Shown: positions 8,579-16,997 of the stretch, in pieces | Position numbering within the stretch: position 1 is the stretch's first letter | Layout of the letters: each line of letters begins with the position of its first letter | Virus record (IMG/VR): IMGVR_UViG_3300031772_000118 | Coordinates: 1 to 37,469 of that record | From: a virus | Lineage: Duplodnaviria > Caudoviricetes | Length of the DNA stretch: 37,469 nt | Reading direction: 5' to 3' (one strand) | The notes under the pieces: generated by a model | The model's database searches: none | What the model was told of the DNA's origin: nothing | What the model saw: only the letters and a program-made list of their open reading frames with translations | Position numbers and translations under genes: made by a program

Positions 8579-9622
8579 ATGTTAGAAGTTTTTGAGAGCA
8601 GAAAAGGTCACAAGATAGAAGTTAAAATTGACAAAGAAGAAATATTTACAGAAGTTGAAAGCGTTGCTAAAGGCTTAGGTTTAACTAGAGAAAAGAACGG
8701 AAAAGAATATGTTAGATGGGATAGGGTAAATAGTTATTTAAAAGAGATTACCCAATCGTGGGGAAACGGAAAAGAGATTACCCAATCGTGGGGAAAAGGT
8801 GATTTGATAACGGAAAGTCAATTTTACTTGCTTGCAATGAAAGCTAATAATGATATAGCTAGAATATTTCAAACTTGGGTATGCGTTGAAGTGTTACCAA
8901 CTCTAAGAAAACAAGGTTGCTATATTTCAAGTAGCATAACAGAAAAGCAAATAAAAGAAGCTAAGAAGTATCTAGACATCACTCAAATAAAGAAGATAAT
9001 GAAAACTTGCTTACCAACTGACTTAGAGCATAATTACAAATTAGCAAAAGTTGGACTAGGCAGAAGAGGAAAAGAACAACTAGATTACGAGGTTATAAGA
9101 ATACTAAGGAATAGAGTTGTTAGTATAGAAGGACAAGACTTACTATACAAGATAATAGATAAGAGAAATAAAGCACTAGATAGGAAAGTTAAGAAGATTG
9201 ATAAAGTAGTATTGGTTTTAGAGGAGAATATAAAGTTAATCCTTCCTTCTGAAACAGAATATACAGAAGTGGAAACATATGGGTTCAGTGTGAATGCAAT
9301 GTATATAGCTAGAAAAGAATACGAAGAAGTTAAAATGAGAAGAAGTGCAAAATATAACAATTGGCGCAATAACTTTCCATTTGAGCAACTGCCTAATGTA
9401 GACCATATAGACTTCACCAAAAGAGTTAATGTGTGGCTAGAATTTGACCACTTGAAAAAATTCGACTGCCATAATCTGCACAAGAGTATAATTGATACAG
9501 CGTGTAAGCACTGGGGGGTGAATGATAATAATGTTCAGCTTATGAGGTGTGTTACTAGGAAGTATGTTAAAGACGTTAAAGATGCTAGGATTTATATATG
9601 CATAAAGCAAGGAAAGTGTTAA
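8579..9622 (+). CDS. Bro-N antirepressor-like protein fused to a C-terminal RusA-like domain
   Basis: Bro-N motifs VAKGLG..YVRWDRVNSYL..ITESQFYLLAMKANN..FQTWVCVEVLPTLRKQGCY. The C-terminus SVNAMY..W..DCHNLHKSIID..NDNNV resembles the RusA DxDNxxK..DD motif. Confidence 0.75.
   Translation: MLEVFESRKGHKIEVKIDKEEIFTEVESVAKGLGLTREKNGKEYVRWDRVNSYLKEITQSWGNGKEITQSWGKGDLITESQFYLLAMKANNDIARIFQTWVCVEVLPTLRKQGCYISSSITEKQIKEAKKYLDITQIKKIMKTCLPTDLEHNYKLAKVGLGRRGKEQLDYEVIRILRNRVVSIEGQDLLYKIIDKRNKALDRKVKKIDKVVLVLEENIKLILPSETEYTEVETYGFSVNAMYIARKEYEEVKMRRSAKYNNWRNNFPFEQLPNVDHIDFTKRVNVWLEFDHLKKFDCHNLHKSIIDTACKHWGVNDNNVQLMRCVTRKYVKDVKDARIYICIKQGKC
8741..8796 (+). repeat. In-frame 30-nt tandem duplication (KEITQSWGNG KEITQSWGKG)
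   Basis: aaagagattacccaatcgtggggaaa at 8741 and 8771. Confidence 0.9.
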
Positions 9623-9778
9623 TATAAAAGCAGAAAAGTTTGAAGAAGTATAAAACCTTCTTCTTTTTTAAAAAAAATGTATTGACAACGCGTAACTAGA
9701 ATAGTATACTTAATTTATAGTAAAAGAAGGAAAAGAAACAAGTACTAATTTAAAAAAAATAAGAGGTGGTAGTTAATT

Positions 9779-10669
9779 ATGAGTAAAAAATATGAATTAT
9801 TAGAAAGAGAAGAAAATGGATTGTGTAGAGTGAAAGCTTTAAGAGATTTTAAATTTGTAAAAGCTGGAGATATAGGCGGACATGTAGAAAGCGAATATAA
9901 TTTAAGTCATGAAGGGGATTGTTGGGTATATGCAGATGCAAGAGCATATGGAAACGCAAGAGTATATGGAAACGCAGAAGTGTATGGAAATGCAGAAGTG
10001 TATGGAAATGCAGGAGTAGGTGGAGGCGCTCATGTATATGAAGATGCAGAAGTATATGGAAACGCAGAAGTACATAGAAATGCAAGAGCATATGGAAACG
10101 CAAGAGTATATGGAAACGCAGAAGTGTATGGAGATGCAAGAATATATAGAGATGCAGAGGTATATGGAGATGCAGAAGTAAGTGGAAATGCAGAAGTAAG
10201 TGGATATGCAAGAGCATATGGAGATGCAGAAGTATATGGAAACGCAAGAGTATATGGAAACGCAGAAGTGTATGGAGATGCAAGAATATATAGAGATGCA
10301 GAAGTGTATGGAAATGCAGAAGTGTATGGAAATGCAGAAGTAGGTGGATATGCAAGAACATATGGAGATGCAGAAGTATATGGAAACGCAAGAGTATATG
10401 GAGATGCAGAAGTAGGTGGAAATGCAAAGATAAATAATGGTAGAATTATTGGAATCGTAAATTGCGAGTATAAAAAAATAAACTTTATACAGTGTTCGCA
10501 AAGAATTATTACAATTTACACAGATTTGGAAGATGTTGTAAGATGTAACATAGGATGCCAACTCGAAATGACATTATTCGGATTGAAACGAAGAATGATT
10601 GAAGATGGTGGAATGAATGCACACAGACAAGAATACTTAGATTTGATGACTATGTTTACGAAATCTTAG
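9779..10669 (+). CDS. Hexapeptide-repeat (left-handed beta-helix) phage protein
   Basis: N-terminus RVKALRDF..VKAGDIGGHVESEYNLS..CWV, then more than 25 VYGNAE/VYGDAR repeats (18-nt period, about 9922-10430) and a C-terminal IGCQ domain; own TTGACA-17-TATACT promoter. Confidence 0.85.
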   Translation: MSKKYELLEREENGLCRVKALRDFKFVKAGDIGGHVESEYNLSHEGDCWVYADARAYGNARVYGNAEVYGNAEVYGNAGVGGGAHVYEDAEVYGNAEVHRNARAYGNARVYGNAEVYGDARIYRDAEVYGDAEVSGNAEVSGYARAYGDAEVYGNARVYGNAEVYGDARIYRDAEVYGNAEVYGNAEVGGYARTYGDAEVYGNARVYGDAEVGGNAKINNGRIIGIVNCEYKKINFIQCSQRIITIYTDLEDVVRCNIGCQLEMTLFGLKRRMIEDGGMNAHRQEYLDLMTMFTKS

Positions 10670-10786
10670 AACTAATTAGGAGCTGAAAGGCTTCTTTTTT
10701 TATGCCCTAAATATGCTATTTTATTTAGTCGCGCTGAAGCAAACTAAACTATATAATTAAAGTATAAAGAAAAAGGGGTGTGAGAA

Positions 10787-11215
10787 ATGTATTATCCTAA
10801 TCAACAATACAATCCTTACGATGCTAATATGATAGCACAGCAAAGACTTCAACAAATGCAACAAGCTTATCAACCGCAACAAATGCAACAACAAGCACAA
10901 ACGCAACAAGTTCAACCGACTGCACCGACTGTGAATTGTAAAATAGTGACTGGTTTAGATGAAGCAAAAGCAAGTACGATAACATTTGATGGTCAACCAA
11001 ATTTATTCCTTGATACGACAAATAACTTAATTTATATAAAAAAACTTAATATGGATGGAACGGTAGGTACTTACACATATAAACTAGATGAAACTCCTAA
11101 TGCACAAGTACAAACTGATTATGTCAGCAAACAAGAATTTAACAATTTGCAAGAAAAGATAAGTAAATATGAAGTAATGTTTAACGAATTAATGGGAGGT
11201 AATAAGAGTGAATAA
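10787..11215 (+). CDS. Gln-rich hypothetical protein, first gene of the accessory module
   Basis: YNPY/Q-rich low-complexity N-terminus, small beta domain (IYIKKLNMDG), C-terminal coiled coil; RBS aggggtg. Confidence 0.8.
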   Translation: MYYPNQQYNPYDANMIAQQRLQQMQQAYQPQQMQQQAQTQQVQPTAPTVNCKIVTGLDEAKASTITFDGQPNLFLDTTNNLIYIKKLNMDGTVGTYTYKLDETPNAQVQTDYVSKQEFNNLQEKISKYEVMFNELMGGNKSE

Positions 11216-11510
11216 TATACTAGGAAACTTATTCAGCGGAATGGGTAGTAATAACATACTAGGGAACCTAATGGGTGGTGGAAATAATCCTCTATCTATG
11301 ATAATGGGAATGATGGGAAACGGTGGATTGAATCCACAAGGCTTAATGAAACAATTTGGAAACGACCCTAACTTCCAGCAAGCACAACAAATGCTAGGGG
11401 GTAAAAATCTACAAGAGCAACAACAAATAGTTATGAATTTAGCCAAAGAAAGAGGCATCGATGTAAATCAACTTCAAAATATGGCTAAACAATTCGGTAT
11501 CAAGCTTTAG
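11208..11510 (+). CDS. Met/Gly/Asn/Gln-rich small helical protein
   Basis: Duplicated NNILGNL; NP..QQAQQML..IVMNLAKERGID; overlaps the upstream stop. Confidence 0.8.
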   Translation: MNNILGNLFSGMGSNNILGNLMGGGNNPLSMIMGMMGNGGLNPQGLMKQFGNDPNFQQAQQMLGGKNLQEQQQIVMNLAKERGIDVNQLQNMAKQFGIKL

Positions 11511-11546
11511 GGCTTTATATAAATATATTTATAGGAGGTAGCTAAA

Positions 11547-12188
11547 ATGGCTATGGCAGAAGGAATGGGTGTAATGCCTGTATACAATTTAGACGGTAAC
11601 AAAAACGACGGAGGAATGGGTGGTAATGGATTTATCTGGATTCTATTCTTATTCGTGCTTTTAGGCTTTGGAAAAGATGGTTTTGGTGGAGGAAATGGTT
11701 CTCAAAACGCTTCACAAATATCAAATGACTTCTTAAGTAATCAAGTAGGGCAAGGGTTCGCTCAAGTAACAAACCAAAACTTCGCTACACAAAAAGACAT
11801 ATACCAAGGATTCGCGGGAATAGGAAATGCAGTTTGTGATTCTACTTTTGCGTTAAACAACTCTATTAAAGATGGAAATTACGCATTAATGTCAAAATAT
11901 GCAGAATGTTGTTGTGAGACAAATAGAAATATCGACAGCGTTAGATATGAAGCAGAGAGAAATACTTGCGCTATAACAAACGCTATACACGCTGATGGAG
12001 AAGCTACAAGAGCGTTGATGAATGCTAATACAATGCAAGATTTAAGGGATAGATTGACTAGTGCAGAACTTGGGTTAAGCCAACAAGCGCAAACAGCTAA
12101 TATAATTTCTCAAATAAAACCTTGTCCAATTCCTGCATACCAAACTTGCAATCCATGGGCAGCGCCTAGCGGTTGCGGAGTATGCTAA
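11547..12188 (+). CDS. Gly-rich TM plus coiled-coil plus Cys-rich protein of unknown function
   Basis: GGNGFIWILFLFVLLGFG, ECCCETNR, PCPIPAYQTCNPW..GCGVC; RBS aggaggt. Confidence 0.85.
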   Translation: MAMAEGMGVMPVYNLDGNKNDGGMGGNGFIWILFLFVLLGFGKDGFGGGNGSQNASQISNDFLSNQVGQGFAQVTNQNFATQKDIYQGFAGIGNAVCDSTFALNNSIKDGNYALMSKYAECCCETNRNIDSVRYEAERNTCAITNAIHADGEATRALMNANTMQDLRDRLTSAELGLSQQAQTANIISQIKPCPIPAYQTCNPWAAPSGCGVC

Positions 12189-12365
12189 TTTTGTTAGAGC
12201 GGACCCGTTATGTACCAGAAAAAAAAATATAAGGTAGCATTAGGAACGGACCCCGTTCATTATTCTTTAAGATATCTTGTTAAATGTAGTTCTAAGAATT
12301 ATACATTAACTAGCATTTCTAATGTTAAAGCTACAAGAGGAGTAATAACAGAAGTTGAAGAATAA
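12187..12365 (+). pseudogene. Possible 3' remnant of a deleted module gene
   Basis: NFVRADPLCTRKK, then a frameshift in an A9 run, then YKVALGTDPVHYSLRYLVKC..EVEE*; no start codon or RBS. Confidence 0.3.
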
Positions 12366-12549
12366 CGAAGTAGAACTGTTGACATTATTTACAAGCTTTC
12401 TTAGTGTCTTGAACTATTCTGAAAACTTAAAACAAACATCTAATGATGATTTGATGTCAGAACTCAAAGAAAATCACGATACTAAGTTAGTCAAAATAAT
12501 AGAGCAGAATGATAAGATAATAGAATTATTGAGGGGGTTAGCAAAATAA
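12355..12549 (+). CDS. Small hypothetical protein (hydrophobic N-terminus, coiled coil)
   Basis: TTG start after gaggag; coupled to the next gene by TAATG. Confidence 0.6.
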   Translation: MKNNEVELLTLFTSFLSVLNYSENLKQTSNDDLMSELKENHDTKLVKIIEQNDKIIELLRGLAK

Positions 12550-12917
12550 TGGATATGATGAAATTGAGAGAAATTAACGATAAGATAATAGATAAAGCAG
12601 CAATGAAGATTGAAATGTCAATCGATAAAGGGGATTTTGACTGCGAATGTTTTGAAGTGCTAAGCGATGCTATAAACACAAAACACAAGTTGCACGCTAT
12701 TGAAAAAGAGGGAAAAGCTAAAGAATATAAAGCTATGTCTATGGAAAATAAAGGGAAAACAGAATTTGAGGAATATGTGTGGAAGGTTATAAACAAAGGG
12801 GAATATGACCTACACGACATTATGATTATCTTAAGTGAACATATGGAAGATATAAAAATACTTCAGCCGAGGTTTTACGACAAAGTTATGATGAAACTAA
12901 AGGAGTTATGCAAATAA
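12549..12917 (+). CDS. Hypothetical alpha-helical protein
   Basis: 122-aa ORF, translationally coupled within the operon. Confidence 0.75.
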   Translation: MDMMKLREINDKIIDKAAMKIEMSIDKGDFDCECFEVLSDAINTKHKLHAIEKEGKAKEYKAMSMENKGKTEFEEYVWKVINKGEYDLHDIMIILSEHMEDIKILQPRFYDKVMMKLKELCK

Positions 12918-13429
12918 TGAAAGATTATGCAAAAACAGAAGGTTTGAAACTTATGCAAAGAGCTTTAGACACATTTGCACATGGAGAAATGCAACATGAT
13001 GTTTGGTCAAGAAAAGCACATATGATGAATATGCAAGGTCTTAAAAGATGGCATAAACTTCAATCAGAAGAGGATAGATGCAGTAGAATTCACTTACAAC
13101 ATTATATAATTGACATGTTTGGGGTTAACTTAGAACCTAAATGGGACTATAAGGAAATAGAAAGTGATACACTTGAAAAACTTATAAATGATTATTTAAA
13201 TTGGGAAATAAGTGTTTATTCTGAACTTGCTAATTTAGGAAATTCTTTAATGCTACTTGAAATGCCTTGTGAAGCAGCAATGGTATCAGGACCTATCAAG
13301 AGTGTCAGAAAAGAGATAGAGAAAGCCAGAAGAATGCTAAATGATTATGAGTATGTAAATTGGGATAAGGCTTATATTAAGCTGCAAGACAAGAAACTTC
13401 ACGACAGAGTTAAATGTATGGAAAAGTAA
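12908..13429 (+). CDS. Ferritin-like four-helix-bundle protein
   Basis: GEMQH..MQGLKRWHKLQSEED..HLQHYIID and WEISVY..KEIEKA resemble ferritin helices with E/H metal ligands; followed by a terminator at 13434-13460. Confidence 0.6.
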   Translation: MQIMKDYAKTEGLKLMQRALDTFAHGEMQHDVWSRKAHMMNMQGLKRWHKLQSEEDRCSRIHLQHYIIDMFGVNLEPKWDYKEIESDTLEKLINDYLNWEISVYSELANLGNSLMLLEMPCEAAMVSGPIKSVRKEIEKARRMLNDYEYVNWDKAYIKLQDKKLHDRVKCMEK

Positions 13430-13485
13430 TGTTAGGCTAGGGTAAAACCTAGTCTTTTTTCATACTTTAAATTAATTGACAATAA

Positions 13486-13818
13486 GATGAAGAGTTTTGG
13501 TTTAGTGCTAGTGAAGTTGGTGAAATAGTCGGGTATACTCAAGCTAATATAAGTAAATTAGTAGCTAAAGTTGATGAAGATGAAAAAGTTAAATCTATGA
13601 TAGATAGAAAAGTAGTTTCTAATACTACATTAAAAGGTATTCCAAAACGGAATATCGCAAGTGAAGTGGGTAACAAACAATACAGATGGTTCTTGTCAAA
13701 AGATGGTTTATACGAATTGCTTTTCCTAGGTAAGAATGATAAATGCAAAAAGTTTATGAGAGCAGGAGTAGTTACAGATTCTATAAAAAGAAATTCTTCA
13801 CAAAGCAATTGGTGCTAG
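13486..13818 (+). pseudogene. Bro-N domain remnant
   Basis: The in-frame upstream extension DEEFWFSASEVGEIVGY..VDEDEK..WFLSKDGLYELLF..KCKKF is preceded by TAA with no start or RBS, and is truncated after KKFMR. Confidence 0.65.
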
Positions 13819-14041
13819 AGTTGAATTGCGTAAGTATTGAAGAAATAGAATTGGTTGAAAAATAGATAGTAGAATAACAGATATGAAGGGGAATTAAGAG
13901 GTGTAAAAGCTTCTTTTTCAATACCCAAAAATAATTTTAAAAAACTTTCTAAAATGTATTGACAATGTATTTGAGTGATGTTATTATTAGTACATAAACA
14001 AGAACAAAACAAAAAAACAAATTAAAAAGGTGGTAATTAAC

Positions 14042-14239
14042 ATGAATAAACTAAACAAAGTAAAAAAATCATTAGAAAATAAAACAGAGGGAACAAGTAA
14101 TTTCATAACAGTAACAACTAATACAGACGCTAGACACAGTGGGAAATACGCTATAAAGAATTTAGCTACAAACAACACAACATCAAAAAGCTATAATACG
14201 TTAAAAGAGATAATAGAAGAGTTCGAACTTACAATATAA
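14042..14239 (+). CDS. Hypothetical early protein
   Basis: ATG 14042 after aaggtgg; promoter TTGACA-17-TATTAT at about 13959-13987. Confidence 0.65.
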   Translation: MNKLNKVKKSLENKTEGTSNFITVTTNTDARHSGKYAIKNLATNNTTSKSYNTLKEIIEEFELTI

Positions 14240-14351
14240 AACTTAGAGGGTTAGCCCTCTTTGCTTAATGAAGCCACCTAGCCAAGCTAGTGTAGACAGT
14301 CACAAGCCTGTATGAAAATTCAGAGTGAGCAAATGTATTAGAGGTGTGGAA

Positions 14352-14600
14352 ATGGAAAGAATAAAGGTTACAATAGAAACGGAAAGATACATGACTAGCT
14401 ACAAAAGGATAGACTTAATAGCTTACAGAGAGAAAGATTATACATCTTATGACAACATAGAAGAAGCTATGAAGTTAGCTGAAGCTTTAAAAGAAAACCC
14501 AAGTCTTTATTTCGTAGAAAGAAAAGGCAAGTTGATTAGCATTAAATTAGAAAGAATAACGGAAGAATATGAATATAATTTTAGGAGCGCGTTAATATGA
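14352..14600 (+). CDS. Hypothetical protein
   Basis: ATG 14352 after gaggtg; overlaps the erf start. Confidence 0.6.
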   Translation: MERIKVTIETERYMTSYKRIDLIAYREKDYTSYDNIEEAMKLAEALKENPSLYFVERKGKLISIKLERITEEYEYNFRSALI

Positions 14601-15202
14601 ATAGAAGCGAAAGTATTAAAAATTTAGCAGTAGCATTAGCAAAGTTTAACGGGAAGGTTAGCAGTATAAGCAAAGACGCTAAAAATCCATTTTTCAAAAG
14701 TGATTATGTAACTTTAGACAAACTTATAATAGCAACTAGACCATTGTTACAAGAAGTAGGACTTAGTGTTATGCAATTCCCAGTTGATAGAGATGGGATG
14801 GTAGGAGTGCAGACTTTGTTATTACACGAAAGTGGTGAGTTCATAGAAGGCAATGAGTTCTACTTGAAACCTGCAAAGAACGACGCACAGGCATATGGTA
14901 GTGCAGTTACTTATGCTAGAAGATATACTTATCAATCAATACTTAATCTAAATACTAGTGATGACGATGATGGTAATTATGCTACTTATGGAAGCGACAA
15001 AAAGCCTGGTAGTTCTAATCAGCCAGGCGAACTTACAGAAAAACAACTCGAAGAATTGTTTGCAATAGCTAGTAGAGCAGGAGTTACAATCCAACAGGTA
15101 AAAACAGTGGCATGGAGAGATTACAACGTCAAGAGCTTAGAAAAATTAAACAAGATAGAATACAATGAATTGTGTACGAGATTAGAAACTAAGAAAAAGT
15201 AA
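14597..15202 (+). CDS. erf: ERF-family single-strand annealing recombinase
   Basis: Signatures KDAKNPFFKSDY, QAYGSAVTYARRY and DDDG. Confidence 0.9.
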   Translation: MNRSESIKNLAVALAKFNGKVSSISKDAKNPFFKSDYVTLDKLIIATRPLLQEVGLSVMQFPVDRDGMVGVQTLLLHESGEFIEGNEFYLKPAKNDAQAYGSAVTYARRYTYQSILNLNTSDDDDGNYATYGSDKKPGSSNQPGELTEKQLEELFAIASRAGVTIQQVKTVAWRDYNVKSLEKLNKIEYNELCTRLETKKK

Positions 15203-15243
15203 TATTTGGGGCTTATATGCCTCTTAAATAAAGGAGAATAGAT

Positions 15244-15564
15244 ATGAGGTACAAATTTACAGATAAAGAATTAAAGCAAATACAGGACAGTATAGTGATT
15301 ACAGTAGACACACGAGAACAAACAAACGATCATATAACTAAATGGTTTGATAAGTCTAAGATTGAGCATAAGAAAGTTAAAAATGACTTTGGGGATTATA
15401 GTTGTTATATTCCCAAGAACGAATCATTAGGAATAATAAGAGATATTTACTTAGATAGATGCATTTCAATAGAAAGAAAAGCTAATATTGATGAATTGTG
15501 CGGCAACTTAAAAGACAATGCTAGTAGCCTAAAGAGATTTGCCGGAACACTGCAGTTTGTTTAG
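15244..15564 (+). pseudogene. ERCC4-domain nuclease, probably C-terminally truncated
   Basis: VDTREQ, GDYS and IERK motifs are present, but the ORF ends about 25 aa after ERK and lacks the rest of the domain. Confidence 0.6.
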
Positions 15565-15650
15565 AGGTGTAAAAACATATTTTTCATATGTGTTGACAAT
15601 TGTAAATACATTGTGTTATAATGAGGTATAATCATTTAGGAGGAAAAATA

Positions 15651-16046
15651 ATGAATAATGTAATTTTAACAGGAAACTTAACTAAAGATATAGAAATAAA
15701 ACAAACGAGTACAACAGTGGGCAAATTCGGTTTAGCAGTAAAAGGGTACAAGCAAGATGAAGTAAATTTCATAAATTGTGTGTGTTTTGGGAAAACAGCT
15801 GACATAATGAGCCAATATCTAACGAAAGGTTCTAAAGTTTTAGTAGAAGGAAGTATAAAAACAGGTAGTTATGATAACGAGCAGGGACAAAAAGTATACA
15901 CAACTGATGTTATAGTGAATAGATTTGAGTTCATTGGAGCAAAACAAGATAACAATTCGAATAAGACTGGCAATTCATTTGATAGATTCAATAACTCTAA
16001 AGTTGACGATATGATGCCAGTTGATAATGGGGACATTCCATTTTAG
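15651..16046 (+). CDS. ssb: Single-stranded DNA-binding protein
   Basis: MNNVILTGNLTKD, FINCVCFGKTA, KGSKVLVEG and an acidic tail ending DIPF; start at ATG 15651 after ggagg. Confidence 0.95.
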   Translation: MNNVILTGNLTKDIEIKQTSTTVGKFGLAVKGYKQDEVNFINCVCFGKTADIMSQYLTKGSKVLVEGSIKTGSYDNEQGQKVYTTDVIVNRFEFIGAKQDNNSNKTGNSFDRFNNSKVDDMMPVDNGDIPF

Positions 16047-16057
16047 GAGGAAGAAAG

Positions 16058-16189
16058 ATGATTAAAGAAACTTGGTTACAAGTGAGACTGACTAAAGGGC
16101 AGAAAGAGAAACTTAGAAAAGCAGCTAAAGAAAGAAATATAACTATAAGTGACATAATAGTTGAATTTATAGACAATTTAGAGGTGTAA
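16058..16189 (+). CDS. 43-aa ribbon-helix-helix regulator (not in the ORF track)
   Basis: MIKETWLQVRLTKGQKEKLRKAAKERNITISDIIVEFIDNLEV fits the RHH pattern; RBS aggagg. Confidence 0.7.
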   Translation: MIKETWLQVRLTKGQKEKLRKAAKERNITISDIIVEFIDNLEV

Positions 16190-16278
16190 TAGCCTCTTTT
16201 TTTTATTGCAAAAATAGTAGACAATAAACATATTCTTATGGTACAATATAATTACAAAGAGAAAAGGAGGTAGTTATT

Positions 16279-16908
16279 ATGCTACTAAGTGAATTAATAA
16301 GAAAAGATGAACAAGGGAATCAATATGTAAGTGCAAGAGAGTTGCATAAATGGTTAGGAAACAAAAAGAGATTCAGCAATTGGGATGACCAAGTTTTGTC
16401 AAACCCTAAATTTAAGTTTGTGGCTATGACTGACTTTGTTCATAGTAACCTAGAGGTTACAATAGGAAAAGGGAATAAAAGGATATTCAAAGATTATAAT
16501 ATGACTTTAAGGATGGCGTCTCATGTTTCGATGGCTACATTGCTAGATAAAGGAATTGAAGCAAGGGATTATTTTTATAACGCAGAGCAAGAACTAGCAA
16601 CACAAAGAGAAAACAATTTAAAAGCTTTTGCTCAACTGTTCAAACATGCAAATAAATTAAAGTTTACAAAAGAAGAATTATATCCCATCTTAGATTTACT
16701 TGGAATAAAAAGGTCGGAAAGAAGAAATATACATGACACTATAAAAAGAAAGCTAATAGGTAAATATGAAAATGTAACCTTGATAGATGACTTTAGTTCA
16801 GAAAGTTTTAAGAGGGACTATGCTGAATTCGCATTGAAAGAAATAAAAGTTAATGAAGATATAATAAATGATTTTGTTCAATTAAGTTTTGAAAATCTAG
16901 AGGTGTAA
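16279..16908 (+). CDS. AntA/AntB-family antirepressor-like protein (paralog of 3916-4620)
   Basis: VSARELHKWL..RFSNW and DYNMTLRMA..GIEARDYF; C-terminus homologous to the 3916 gene (KL..TKE..YPIL). Confidence 0.85.
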   Translation: MLLSELIRKDEQGNQYVSARELHKWLGNKKRFSNWDDQVLSNPKFKFVAMTDFVHSNLEVTIGKGNKRIFKDYNMTLRMASHVSMATLLDKGIEARDYFYNAEQELATQRENNLKAFAQLFKHANKLKFTKEELYPILDLLGIKRSERRNIHDTIKRKLIGKYENVTLIDDFSSESFKRDYAEFALKEIKVNEDIINDFVQLSFENLEV

Positions 16909-16997
16909 TAGCCTCTTCTTTTTAAAACTAATGTATTGACATTGTAAATATAGAATGATATTATAATAAAAGAAAGATAAAAGAGGGGTTAGTTAAT

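Noticed and set aside
6976-10561. Long antisense or alternate-frame ORFs over the repeat genes (6976-8034, 7291-7980, 9849-10427, 9902-10561)
   Set aside because: These are shadow ORFs produced by stop-free tandem repeats; they have no RBS and implausible composition.
14262-14325. Possible small structured RNA (shares GTCACAAGCCT with repeat copy 1)
   Set aside because: The match is short and I could not build a convincing fold or find further copies.
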